This document shows, piece by piece, positions 1-11,809 of a DNA stretch of 64,000 bases. The stretch is taken from assembly GCA_951406725.2 (NCBI GenBank), contig OX597822.1:23312001-23376000 (forward strand). Reading direction: 5' to 3'. Every line of letters starts with the position of its first letter. The first letter of the stretch is position 1. Below the pieces are notes generated by a model. The model searched no databases. It saw nothing but the letters and a program-made list of their open reading frames with translations, and was not told where the DNA came from. Position numbers and translations under genes: made by a program. The DNA comes from Octopus vulgaris (taxonomy: Eukaryota).

Positions 1-616
1 GGCCAAGTAAGATGTTCAACTTCACTAGAATGTTCTTCGTGCCATTCAGTAACAACTTTAGCCGTGTGAATTGGTGCATTATCATCTTGAAAGATTGCAT
101 TTCCCTCCAGAAACAGTTCCGCAAACATAGGATGAATTTGATCAGATAAAATGCTTAAATAGACTTGACTATTAATTCTGCCACGAAGGAAAACCATTGG
201 GTCGGCGGATTTCCAAGATATAGTCACCCAGATCATCACAGATCCTCCTCCATGTTTAACAGTTGGAAGAAGGAAGTCTACTTCTTTTAGTTGTCTCCAC
301 ACGTATACTCGGCCGGTGCTCGGAAATAAGGTAAAAGATGACTCATCTGAGAAAATAACATTCTTCCACTGCTCTAGGGACCAATTCTGTAGGTTTTTAC
401 TCCACTCTAAACGCTTGGCAACGTTTGTTTTTGAAAGTAGTGGTTTTCTGATTGAAGCCCTCCCGTGAAATCCGGATTTGTGCAGCTCCCGGTGAAATGC
501 TCTTGTGGAAACTGGGTTCTCGAGGTGGTCATTAAGCTCTGCAGTAATTTTGGGAGCTGTACTTTTGTAATCCCTTCAAACAATTCGCGTAAGAGTCCGA
601 CGGTCCCTATCTGAAA
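1..616 (-). pseudogene. Tc1-family transposase fragment, truncated by the window edge and by a SINE
   Basis: Minus-strand translation gives SDRDRRTLTRIV*...RKPLLSKTNVAKRLEWSK...WKNVIFSDESSF...PTVKHGGGSVMIW...IFQDDNAPIHTAK...VEHLTW, with the Tc1 catalytic motifs FSDES and FQDDNAP-H; contains an internal stop. Confidence 0.92.
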
Positions 617-812
617 TGAGTTGCGACGTCACTGGTGCCAAGCTGTATCGGGCCCTTTGCCTTTCCTTTGGATAACACTGGTGGCATGGAGCGGGGAGGC
701 TGGCATGTATGGGCGACTGCTGGTCTTTCATAAACAACCTTGCCCGAACTTGTGCCTGGGAGGGTAACTTTCTAGGTACAATCCCACGATCAGTCATGAC
801 CGAAGGGGGTCT
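615..812 (+). mobile_element. 3' portion of tRNA-derived SINE family C, abutting the Tc1 fragment
   Basis: Matches 8490-8657 (aaatgagttgc...cactggtgccaagctgtatcgg...aactttctaggt). Confidence 0.8.
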
Positions 813-1191
813 CAGCAACACTCAATATTACGCATTCACACGTATTAGAAAGTCCCATTCAGCGAACATGTATCTGTTCAGATTAAAGCGTTTGTACTAT
901 AGCGTGAGTAAAAAATATAAATAGATTAATAGGTTTGTACTAAAACATTTATACGTTTGCTATTTATACATTTCTAGTTTGACGTTTATTGATTGTATAA
1001 CCAAACATCGCTTATTTGAAATAGTATAATACTAAACTATGATACCATTTAGAAATTGGAATTTAAAACCAAATTCACAGGGGATTCTCAAAAATTGATT
1101 ATTATACATGAGAATATTCTATATCTAAAGGCATTCCAAAGTTGGCCATCCCATTTGATTTTCTGTTTTTGTAGCTTTTGACTTTTATTTA

Positions 1192-1546
1192 TGTTTTTTA
1201 CTTGTTTTAGTCAATTTACTGCGTGCGGCCATGCTGAGTGGGACCCCACCATGAAGTGTGAAGTCGAACATATCTAACCTCAGTACATATATATATATTC
1301 TTTTATAGTGTGGTACTTATTCTATCGGTTGTCTTTTGCCAAAACCGTTAAGTTACGATGAAGTAAACAAACCAAAACCGGCTTTCAAGCGGTGGTCGGA
1401 ATATAATCAAACACAATGATGAATACACACACACACACACATGTACGTCGGTCTTCTACACAGTCTCTGTTCACCATATACACTCACAAGGCATTGGTCA
1501 GTCTGAGACTATAACAGAAAACACTTGTCCAACGAGTTATGCCGTG
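1192..1546 (-). mobile_element. Degenerate SINE family A copy
   Basis: Diverged versions of family A blocks (tggtacttattctatcggt, cactcacaaggcattggtc, acacttgtccaa) with internal (CA)n. Confidence 0.75.
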
Positions 1547-1584
1547 AAACTTCATCACACATCCATACCTTATGCTTCAATTAC

Positions 1585-1650
<66 letters not shown>

Positions 1651-1651
<1 letters not shown>

Positions 1652-2161
1652 GAGTGAGAGAGCAGTGCATGCCATCAAAGTGACACTGAAGTAAAATATA
1701 CGAAGCCTATTATACCCATCATGATTACTCGTCTGATAAGGGTACACTAGGCACATGCATCACAACCATATGTGCGTGACATGGTGATCTCATGTCAAAA
1801 TAACTACTACATGACCTTGCAGGTGGGGCCCAGTTAGAATTTTCCTCTGGTCGAGTAACCTATCCTGCTCAAGAAGTCCCTGAATAAGGGTTGTTTAAAG
1901 ATGTTGAACGAAACACCCATGTTTCCAGAAGTGACTTATTCAAACCCCAAACAATCCCTCTCAACACATGGCTATGATGCTCCCCCACTACTTCTGCTCA
2001 TGATCAGAGATGCACATATCGTCAGCCACCAAGGGACATTCCCAACTGGTTATGGTCAAGCAACTGACAAGCAAATCTGTAGTATTGAGCAGAATATTTG
2101 CTGTAGCCCATCTTTTATACCAAGGCAAAACATGTACTTGATAAAACTTCCAGATCAGGTC
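1651..2161. mobile_element. Non-coding interspersed element of about 0.5 kb in (TAA)n, copy 1
   Basis: Highly similar to 24948-25428 (same orientation) and 5155-5640 (inverted); bounded by (TTA)n on both sides. Confidence 0.85.
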
Positions 2162-2240
<79 letters not shown>

Positions 2241-2800
2241 TATGGTTTCCTTTCATTATCTTTATTTCAACTGCCTTAGTACCGGACATCCCCCGGAAGC
2301 GAAGAGTAGCAAGGGCACTCTTGTTTTGCTATGCCTGCTAAAATTATCCCCACATTTATTCCATTTTAGATGGAGAGTTCTTTCCCTAGTATACAGGCTG
2401 TATCCATCAAGGTTATCTCTTGTAGTTCACGGAGATTGGAGTTACCAGGGAGTTACTTAATATACTTCTCAGCTCCCTTCTTTTTTCATTCCCAACGCAC
2501 CAATTACTACTGGTACTATCGTAGTACTAAGCTTCCACATTTTTGTGATTTCAATTTGTAGATCTTTATAATGAGAAAACCTTTTGTAATCCTTTCTTAA
2601 GACATTTTGATCGTGTGGGACAGACGTATCCATTAACAGGCAAGTTCCTCTGTTGCATGTTGTAGCCCTTGATCACAATGTCTGGTAGATTGGTTTCAAT
2701 TTTTCCTGTGTATATTGGGAAGTTCCAAAGGATGGTGATGCCCTCGCCACTTATTACACCCTCTGGGTGGTGCCTGTACCACTTATCATGGGATTTACAA
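2241..2800 (-). mobile_element. R4/Dong-clade LINE 3' fragment (restriction-like endonuclease region plus 3' UTR)
   Basis: KWYRHHPEGV...ILWNFPIYT...PDIVIK motifs; frameshifted; ends in a (TAA)n tail. Confidence 0.8.
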
Positions 2801-2819
2801 GCACGATGCAGCACGAAGT

Positions 2820-2870
2820 TTTGTCAGTGAACAGGTCGCGGTCTCAAAGCGACGAAAATATTTTGACAAA
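2820..2870 (+). ncRNA. Type I hammerhead ribozyme-like motif, G3-C8 variant
   Basis: tttgtca-GTGAACA-g-gtcgc(ggtctcaaa)gcgac-GAAA-a(ta)t-T-T-tgacaaa: 7-bp stem I, 5-bp stem II, palindromic AATATT stem III. Confidence 0.8.
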
Positions 2871-3007
2871 TTAAATTTAAATATTGAAGTGAAACTAACG
2901 GTTTTGTGTGTTTCTTAAATGGCTTATAAACACCTTCCACGCTGCAATTGTTTTCGTTCCAGCACACGATCTCAGATCAAGTCACTCGCTATGCAAATAC
3001 ATCTCCG

Positions 3008-3081
<74 letters not shown>

Positions 3082-3100
3082 ATATATCTATTCTTTTATT

Positions 3101-3144
<44 letters not shown>

Positions 3145-3151
<7 letters not shown>

Positions 3152-3507
3152 ATATTTCGGAATGGTCATTTTGCCAGTTTACCCAATAAAAACACACGCA
3201 CTATATATTTGGTGTTACTTTTTTCATGAATGAAAAAATGGCTGACGGTTAGTAAGGAGAGACACAAATAAGTGAGAAGAAAACAAAGGACCACTGATGC
3301 GGTCACAGGAGTGTGACGAAAGAACTCTGGCCGAAATAAGATTAAGATTAATGTAAAAAATAAATAACACTGAAGCAAAGTAACACCAAATATATAGTGC
3401 GTGTGTTTTTATTGGCTAAACTGGCAAAATGACCATTCCGAAATATAACAATATCTGTTTCAACACACGACTTCACATAAAAAATCTTGCACAACAAATA
3501 TTTAAAC

Positions 3508-3508
<1 letters not shown>
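3145..3508 (+). mobile_element. Penelope pseudo-LTR/retrozyme-like repeat with inverted arms, inside (TA)n
   Basis: Near-perfect inverted repeat 3145-3221 / 3377-3454 enclosing a hammerhead motif; homologous to 13890-14500. Confidence 0.65.
3291..3330 (+). ncRNA. Minimal type I hammerhead-like motif with A9C change
   Basis: cca-CTGATGC-g-gtcac(aggagt)gtgac-GAAA-g(aa)c-T-C-tgg. Confidence 0.65.
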
Positions 3509-3562
<54 letters not shown>

Positions 3563-4154
3563 ACTTGTTTCAGTCATTTGACTCAAGGCGGTGCTCCAGC
3601 ATGGTCGCAGTCAAATGACTGAAACAAGTAAAATAATACGTATATATATGTACATCACAGTATCGACCAGTCCATCAGATGCTGTTATACACGAGGTGAG
3701 AAAAAGGGAGAAAGAAAGAGAAAGGCAAAGAGAGATCGAAATCGTCTGCGTTGTCACGTGTAAAAGGTCGTTGTAGGCGATCAGTCGTTACGACGTCATT
3801 TTCTCCATCTTTGGGGGCAGACAATCTCTCCTGACGATGTATTATATAACACGGTTGAAAGAAATAAAAAAATACATACATACAGCATCTGAAAACAAGA
3901 TTGGATGGTCAAATTTGGGGTGATTTAATATCATTGTTCATTCAGACATCAGTTGAATTGCTAAAATAAATCTAAAATAAAAATCTGAAAAAAAATGGTT
4001 TGAAATATTTCTTTTTAAACAACTGTTTAACGCGCCAGAAAGTGTAACGGAATTATTTAAAAAATAAACAACAAGAACATCATCATCATTGTTATTATCA
4101 ACAACGACGGCAATAACAATTATATCTTAAGAAACCACTTTTAAGAATCACACA

Positions 4155-4198
<44 letters not shown>

Positions 4199-4673
4199 AA
4201 AAAATATCCAGTATCACCTCCACCACCACCACCACTACCACCACCATCGCCTCCAGCATGACGACCGTCACTTCACCGCCGACACAACCAACCCCACCGC
4301 CGCCAACAGTACCACCACATCACTACCACCACCACTACCACCACAAGTACGACCGTCACTTCATCGCTGCCACCAACTCCACCACTCCCGCCGCCATCTT
4401 CACCACCACCAACACCACTAACACCGCCACCGTCGCCGCCGCCGCCGCCGCCACCACCACCACCACAACCACCCAACAGCTGCAGGAAAGAATTGTTTCT
4501 TTTCATGCTGCGTGACAGGCACACAGCTGCCAGTGTCTGGAGAAGGAGAAAGAGAAGCAAGATCGGGGCTAATGGCGTCTCACATGAATGCAGCAGAGTT
4601 GCAATTGTTTCTAAAAAGGAAATCCTTTTCTACTTTCAATAAATAAATAAATAAATCATCATCATCATAATAA

Positions 4674-5048
4674 TGGTTTCAAATTTTGACACAAGGACAG
4701 CAATTTGGGGGAGGAGATGAGTCGATTACATCGACCCCCAAGGTTCAAATTGATACTTATTTTATCGACCCCGAGAGGATGAAAGGCAAAGTCGACCTCG
4801 GCGGAATTTGAACTCGGAACGTAGCGACAGAAGAAATACGGCTACGCCGGGCGAAATGCGTAGCCCTATTTCGTCTGTCGCTACGTTCCCAGTTAAAATT
4901 CCGCCGAGGTCGACTTTGCCTTTCATCCTCTCGGGGTCGATAAATTATGTACCAGTTGCGCACTGGGGTCGATGTATTCAACTTAATCCGTTTGTCCGTC
5001 CTTGTTTGTCCCCTCTGTGTTTAGCCCCTTGTGGGTAGTAAAGAAATA
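4674..5048. mobile_element. Two SINE family B copies arranged head to head
   Basis: aaattccgccgaggtcgactttgcctttcatcctctcggggtcgataa core on minus (about 4674-4851) and plus (about 4845-5048). Confidence 0.85.
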
Positions 5049-5076
5049 TATAAAATAATAATAACAACAATGAATA

Positions 5077-5138
<62 letters not shown>

Positions 5139-5154
5139 AATAGTAATAATAATA

Positions 5155-5640
5155 TTACATGCCCTGACTCAGTACCAAGCATTGGCTCATGGCATTTGAT
5201 CTTAACTGATTGGAAGTGTTCTCATGTACATGTTTTGTCTTGGTGTTAGAGATGGGCTACAGCAAATATTCTGCTCAGTACCACAGATTTGTTTGTCAGT
5301 TGGTTGACCTTAACCAGTTGAGCATCATAGCCATGTGTTGGGAGGAATTCTTTGGGGTTTGAATAATTCATCCCTGGAAATATGGATGCTACGTTCATCA
5401 TCCTTCAACAACCCTTATTCAGGGACATTGTGAGCGAGATGATCTACTCGACCTGAAGAAAATTCTAACTGGGCCCCACCTGCGAGGTCATACGCTGTTT
5501 ATCTTGATATGAGATCACCATGTCGTGCACATATGGTTGTGATGCATGTGTTTGGTATACCCTTATCAGACGGGTATGTCGGGTTTCGTATATTTGTATC
5601 CCGGCATCACTTTGATGGCATCCGCTGGTCTCTCAATCAA
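5155..5640. mobile_element. Non-coding (TAA)n-associated element, copy 2 (inverted, internally deleted)
   Basis: Reverse complement of 1651-2161 blocks (gatgggctacagcaaatattctgctca, aattctaactgggccccacctgc); short (TAA)n flanks. Confidence 0.85.
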
Positions 5641-5754
5641 TAATGGTTTCAAACTTTGGCTCAAGGAAAGGAGCTGCATCGACATAATAGACCCCCAGTT
5701 ATTTTAACGACCCCCGAAAAGATGAAAAGCAAAGTCAGACCCAGTGGAATTGAA

Positions 5755-6035
5755 CTCATCGTCGCCATTACCGCCAACATCGCCATCACCATCGTCGTCG
5801 TCGTCATTATCATCATCATCGTCACTGTCGTCATCGTTTTGCGTCATCATCGTCACCAACATCATCGTCATCGTGGTCAATGTCGTCGTCGTCGTCATCA
5901 TCCTCATCATCATCATCCTCATCATCATCATTATCACCGTCACCATCACCATCATCATCATCATCATCACCATCGCCATCATCATCATCATCATCACCAT
6001 CACCATCATCATCGTCGTCGTCGTCGTCGTTGTCG

Positions 6036-6074
<39 letters not shown>

Positions 6075-6079
6075 CCACC

Positions 6080-6113
<34 letters not shown>

Positions 6114-6119
6114 TCGTCG

Positions 6120-6164
<45 letters not shown>

Positions 6165-6165
6165 G
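5755..6165. repeat. Compound (CAT/CAC/CGT)n trinucleotide tract
   Basis: Visible directly; source of the poly-H/S/I/D/M ORFs. Confidence 0.95.
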
Positions 6166-6743
6166 TGTCGTCTTTGTCGTCTTTTATCGTTTCTGTTAGA
6201 TGATAAAATAAATCCGAGTAAGATATCGAGATCAATTCTATCGACTTCTAATATCGCCCCCACCCCCACTCCCATCACCATCGCTACCCCACCCCACACC
6301 CAACATCGAAATTTGGCTCAACGCCTAATAAATATATCGTCATTTATCACCTCTTGCAAGTTACGTGAACTTCCTGAAATTGAATTTGCAAAGACTAAAT
6401 AACAATTGTGTTAGCTTAAAGCCTCGTAGGAAGATTGATGAGTCCATATTTCGGTGCTGCTTTGCCATTTCCTCCACTGACAAAGATACTTAATCTTCGG
6501 TGACCCCCGGCCGATCGACCTGTCAAAGGTACCATATGAAAGGAGAGTTTAGTTCACTCCTGTCGCAGCGAAAACTAAATCTTAATGATAGGCGTTTTGT
6601 TAACATGTAAGATTTCTGTTCAAATACTGTCAAATATTTACCATTGGCAAACATTCCTTTCTTTTAATCCTTTTTCTTACCGATATTTCTCTTGAAATAT
6701 ATTGCCTTTCCTTCAATTAATTTTGAAAATAATGAACAATTTA

Positions 6744-7290
6744 GGCGCAGGCATGGTTGTGTGGTAAGAAGCTTGCTTCCAAACCACATGGTTCCGGGTT
6801 CGGCTCCACTGCGTAGACTTTTCGGTAACTGTCTTATACTATAGCCTTAGGTCGATCAAATCCTTGTGAGTGGATTTGGTAGATGGAAACCGAAAGAAGC
6901 CCGTAGGGTACGAGGGGGTGCTGGAAACCCAACCTTCCAAATTCTTTTACAAGACTTAGAAAAAACTGAGAGGGGAATACGTTGAATAAAATCATAATTA
7001 AGTGATCCTCCTGTATCTTCTTTTACTCAAAGTTAGGAACTTTTCAACACCCCCGCCGTATAAATTTATCTATCTATATGTGTGTGTGTTTGTTCCCTAC
7101 CACCACTTGACAACTGTAGTTGGTGTGTTTATCCCCCTTAACTTGGCAGTACGGCAAAACTAATAGAATAAGTACCAACATAAAGAAAGAAAAAAAAAAC
7201 CCAATTGGGATCGATTTGTTCCACTAAAGTTCTTCAAGGCAGTGCTCAAACATGCCCGCAGTCTAATGACTGAAACAAGTAAAAGAGAAA
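6744..7290 (+). mobile_element. SINE family A (tRNA-like head, CORE-like block, internal microsatellite, conserved tail), interrupted by a mariner MITE
   Basis: Head ggcgcaggcatggttgtgtggtaag...ggttccgggttc; tail aatgactgaaacaagtaaaagag. Confidence 0.85.
6911..7058 (+). mobile_element. Non-autonomous mariner MITE
   Basis: TA-flanked; termini cgagggggtgctg / ttcaacacccccgccg; internal ctgagaggggaatacgttgaataa encodes the mariner C-terminus LRGEYVE*. Confidence 0.75.
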
Positions 7291-7307
7291 AAGATAATTT
7301 AGAGTGA

Positions 7308-7650
7308 ACACGGTTCTGGGTTCAGTCTCACTGCGTGGCAACTTGGGCAAGTGTCTTCTACTATAGCCTCGGGCCGACCAAAGCCTTGTGAGTGGATTTG
7401 GTAGACAGAAACTGAAAGAAGCCCGTTGTATATATGTTTATATATGTATATGTCTGTGTTTGTCCCACCAACATTGCTTGACAACCGATGGTGGTGTGTT
7501 TACGTCCCTGTAACTTAGCGGTTCGGCAAAAGAGACCGATAGAATAAGCACTAGGCTTCCAAAGAATAAGTCCTGGGGTCGATTTGCTCGACTAAAGGTG
7601 GTGCTCCAGCATGGTCGCAGTCAAATGACTGAAATAAGTAAAAAGAGAGT
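7308..7650 (+). mobile_element. SINE family A
   Basis: cttgggcaagtgtcttctactatagcctcgggccgaccaaagccttgtgagtggatttggtag and the full tail. Confidence 0.9.
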
Positions 7651-7675
7651 TATCATTATTAAGCTAGTGTTCCGC

Positions 7676-7949
7676 AGTGAGGGCGCGTGGCTTAGTGGTT
7701 AGGGCATTCGGCTCATGATCGTAAGGTTGTGAGTTCGATTCCCGGCGACGCGTTGTGTCCTTGAGCAAGACACTTTATTTCACGTTGCTCCAGTCCACTC
7801 AGCTGGCAAAAATGAGTTGTACTTGTATTTCAAAGGGTCAGCCTTGTCACTCTCTGTGTCACGCTGATTATCCCCGAGAACTACGTTAAGGGTACACGTG
7901 TCTGTGGAATGCTCAGCCATTTGCACGTTAATTTCACGGCGGAGTCTTT
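7676..7949 (+). mobile_element. tRNA-derived SINE family C with 11-bp TSD
   Basis: A-box tggcttagtgg, B-box gagttcgattc, tgtgtccttgagcaagacact block; tagtgttccgc repeated at 7665-7675 and 7950-7960. Confidence 0.9.
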
Positions 7950-8354
7950 TAGTGTTCCGCCAAAGTCGACTTAGTCATTCATCCTTTCGAGATCGATAAA
8001 GATTAGTACCAGTGAAGCACTGAGGTTGATGTAGTCGACTAGTACCCTCCCCTCAAAATTTCAAGCCTTGTGCTTATAGTAGAAAGGATTATTAAGCTGG
8101 TGTTCGAAACATAAATTTATATGATGTTATGAGTGGAGCTTTAATTTAGATTCTTTTGACCCTTTAGTAATCCTGTTTCCATTGAAATATATTATCTGTT
8201 GTTCAATTAATTTTGAAATTAATGAAGAATTAGGTGAAATAAATTTGTAACAATTAAGGTTGTAATTGAAACAGAAATTGATATGAAGTTTTAATGGAAA
8301 GTTTTAATTTAGATTTCTTTAACCCTTTTGTTAGCCTTTTTCTGTTGAAATAAG

Positions 8355-8657
8355 TGAAGGCACATGGCTCAGTGGTTAGAGCGTAGAACTTACGATCGTG
8401 AGCTTGTGAGTTCGATTCCCGGACCGGGCTACGTGTTGTGTTCTTGAGCAAGACACTTCATTTTACGTTGCTCCAGTTAACTCAGCTGTAGAAATGAGTT
8501 GCAAAATCACTGGTGCCAAGCTGTATCGGCCCCTTTGCCTTCCCCTTGGATAATATCAGTGGTGTGGAGAGGGGAGGCCGGTATGCATGGGCGACTGCTA
8601 GCCTTCCACAAACAATCTTGCCCAAACTTGTGCCTCGGAGGATAACTTTCTAGGTGC
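8355..8657 (+). mobile_element. tRNA-derived SINE family C, alternative tail
   Basis: tggctcagtggttagagcg...gagttcgattccc head; tail shared with 615-812. Confidence 0.88.
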
Positions 8658-10554
8658 TTCATCTTCGAAGTATGTGCATTGCATCTTATAACAGAAACAA
8701 CTAAGCCAGTGAAGGCTCGTTACATAATTTCTTGTTCCCTTGTCGTTCATATAATTTCTTAAATGCACACACACACACAAATATCAGTGGTAACCCTAAG
8801 TCCATTTATAGTGCAGAGCTGTTCCTGCCCAGCAATATCTCTTTACAGCCAGGTGAACTGAACTGGGACGCAAAAGTGCAGATCACGGAAACGACAAAAT
8901 ACTATTGGTAAAGCACAAACTTCTGACCTATTGGGCCGGTTGTCCGCTAACCAATCGGTTAGCATAGTCGTTAGAGCGTTGGATAAAATGCCTTCAGTAT
9001 TTAGAAAACGGCCTCTTATTTCTGAGTTCAAATCCAAGGGTCGGTAAAATAATGTACTAGTCAAGTACCTAGGTTGCTTTATATCGCTTATAATGCACTC
9101 CAGCTGTGAACAGAATCACAATAGAAGATAAACTAAAAACTAAGCCACCTGTGATCTCAAATCTCAGATGATTTACACAAAAATATACGATGGAAAGTTG
9201 AGCTGAAATTAGAGTCGATCAACCGTCCTCTACTTTAGCTCTACATTGTTTCAACGAATGACCTTAATACGTGGCTTCCTCATAGTAACACAAGATAAAT
9301 TTGTTTGATGACATTAAGATAACTTATAGCTATTGGTTTCAAATATCTGAACTGGGTATATATCTTAAAACTCTAAAAATACTTCAAAGTTCAAAAGCGA
9401 AGACATATCATTTGCTGAATCTTATTATGTATATCAGCTGAATAAACTATTAGTTAACTTTTAGCACTAGTATGTATCCATTATCATAAAAAAGTTGTCT
9501 GTTTTATGTTGTTGATTGAATTGTAATTTCAGATTCGTCTCGAGAATTTTCGTAAGAGTTATGAAATTTTTGTCTTTTCCATTATTCCTTCTTGAATTTA
9601 AATCTTGGATCTTTTCTGTTTGACTGCCACTTCTCAATTTCTTCAACTTTTGTTCCAATTGATTCCATATTTGGTGTATTGGTGTAGTTTTGTAAAGTAA
9701 GCATTGACATGAAATTCATTTAAACCATAAATCAATAAATAAAGAGTTAATAGCTTTTAAAGTTTACAAATTTCGGGTAATTTTAGCCAATCGAAAGCCA
9801 CAGACATATAAGTGTCTGTTTCCATAGTAACAAGCCAAGCTGTTACCAAGCTGTTTACCGCATGTTCTTTTTTTCACTTATTAAATGCTTAAAACACATG
9901 TGGTATGAGATGTGCTAAAATTAACAGTTGAATAGTCTTTAAATGACGCACGAATTTTTGGGGTTTTTTTTTCTTAATCGTATGAATTTCCATGAGTAGA
10001 ATACAAATTCGCAAAAATTTTCTGAAAATTCCAAAAAATAAAAGTTATGTGGGGTTATATGGCTTACGTAAAGCAGAATTCCACCATTATCTCATTTGTT
10101 TACTGTTGACAACATGTGCTGTCACGCATAAACTGACAGCTTCCAAATTCTGTTTTTTGACTGAGTAAAAATGATCAAACTTTAAACCTCTGTAACTTAA
10201 AAAAAAAATTTTCCTGGGAAAAGTGAATTATCTCTTGAGATTCAGCATGGAAAATTACATCATACATCAATACACCGAATTTAAAAATTTTCACTTAAGT
10301 TTAAAATTTCCACAAGTGCAGCCAAACAAAAAAAGATCCGATATCTTTTCATCAGCTCTTTACGGAAGGTAATTGTATAATATTAATATCACAGAATTTA
10401 TTTCATATTATTTACTTTGAAAAATTTGCCTTGAAAGAATTATCTCCCACAGATACTTCAACGTCACACTCACTTGGTTTTTATGCTTGCAGATGAGCAA
10501 CTCGTGTCGAAGGAAACACAAGAGACGTCTTATGTTAGATTATTAGATTAAAGT

Positions 10555-11500
10555 TTTCTAATTTAGACACTAGGCAAGCAGTTTTAAGAGGAGGGTGTTA
10601 GTCGTTATCATCAACCTCAGTAATCGATTAAATATGTACCAGTTACACACTGGGGTCGATGTAATCGACTTAGTCCCTTTGTCTGTCCTTCTTCGTCCCC
10701 TCTGTGTTTAGCCACCTGTGGGCAATATAGAAATAAATATTTAGGACGGCGAGCTGGCAGAAACGTTAGCATGCCGGGAGAAATGCGTAGCCGTATTTCG
10801 TTTGCCGTTACGTTGTGAGTTTAAATTCCGCCGAGGACGATTTTGCCTTTCATCCTTTCGGGGTCGATAAATTAAGTACCAGTTACGCACTGGAGTTGAT
10901 GTAATCGACTTAATCCCTTTGTCCGTCCTTGTTTGTCTCCTCTATGTGTAGCCCCTTGTGGGCAGTAAAGAAATAGGTATTTTGTCTGCCACTACGTTTT
11001 GAGTTCAAATTCCGCCGAGGTCGACTTTGCCTTTCATCCTTTCGGGGTCGATTAAATAAGTACCGGTTACGCACTGGGGTCGATATAATCGACTTAATCC
11101 GTTTGTCTGTCCTTGTTTGTCCTCTCTATGTTTAGCCCCTTGTGGGTAGTAAAGAAATGGGTATTTCATCTGTCAATGTTCTGAGTTCAAATTCCGCCGA
11201 GGTCGACTTTGTCTTTCATCCTTTCGGGGTTGTTAAATTAAATATCAGTTTCGTACTGGGGTTGATCTAAGCCACTACCCTTCCCTCAAAATTTCGGGTC
11301 TTGTGCCTAGAGTAGAAAAGAAAAGAATGCTTAACGGTATTTCGTCCGTCTTCACGTTCTAAGTTCAAATTCCGCTGAGGTCGACTTTGCCTTTCATCCT
11401 TTTAAGGTCGATAAAATAAGTACCAGTTGAGTACCGGGGTCGACATAATCGACTTATCCCTCCGCCGAAATTACTGGCCCTGTGCTAAAGTTTGAAATTA
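10555..11500 (+). mobile_element. Tandem array of SINE family B units
   Basis: Four to five successive copies of the aaattccgccgaggtcgactttgcctttcatcctttcggggtcgat core about 170-190 bp apart. Confidence 0.9.
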
Positions 11501-11809
11501 TTTTATTATTATTAATCTAATTTTGACTCAAAGCCAACAATTTTGAAGAGAGGAAAGAAGTCGAATACAAAGGCGTCAGTACTTGACTGGCGCTTTAGTT
11601 ACCGACCCGAATTGATGAAAGACAAAGTTGACCTCGACGAGACAGGAATTCAATATGTAAAGTGCAGGAACAAATACCTCAATGCACTTTTTTCAACGCT
11701 CTAATGATCCAGCCAGGTCGTTGACCTGATTTGTTAGACTAAAAACCTCAGCTGTAGGACACTAAACAGTACACTTCAGGAAACACCGACAAAGCAACAA
11801 CGAAACACT

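Larger units (their letters stand above)
6662..8352 (+). mobile_element. piggyBac-like MITE fragments (ttaaccctt-type start), tandemly repeated and split by nested SINEs
   Basis: Block ttgaaatatatt...ttcaattaattttgaaa at about 6690 and 8182; continuation attaagctRgtgttc at about 7658 and 8091; ttaaccctttt at 8319. Confidence 0.5.

Noticed and set aside
3831-3862. CTGACGA...GAAA
   Set aside because: Stem II is not adjacent to GAAA and there is no stem I or III; probably chance.
5656-6402. 248-aa His-rich ORF and similar long ORFs (16852-17478, 37962-39110, 47368-48207)
   Set aside because: They are translations of microsatellites that lack stop codons; no domain content.
7679-7745. tRNA-like sequences here and at 8355, 41137 and the family A heads
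   Set aside because: They are heads of repeated SINEs with degenerate cloverleaves, not tRNA genes.
9467-10322. Short Lys-rich ORF and possible DNA-transposon subterminal sequence
   Set aside because: No recognisable protein motif and no matching TIR pair found.
10555-11500. Regularly spaced repeats resembling a CRISPR array (also 59598-59992)
   Set aside because: The whole unit is repeated with no unique spacers, there are no cas genes, and the context is eukaryotic.
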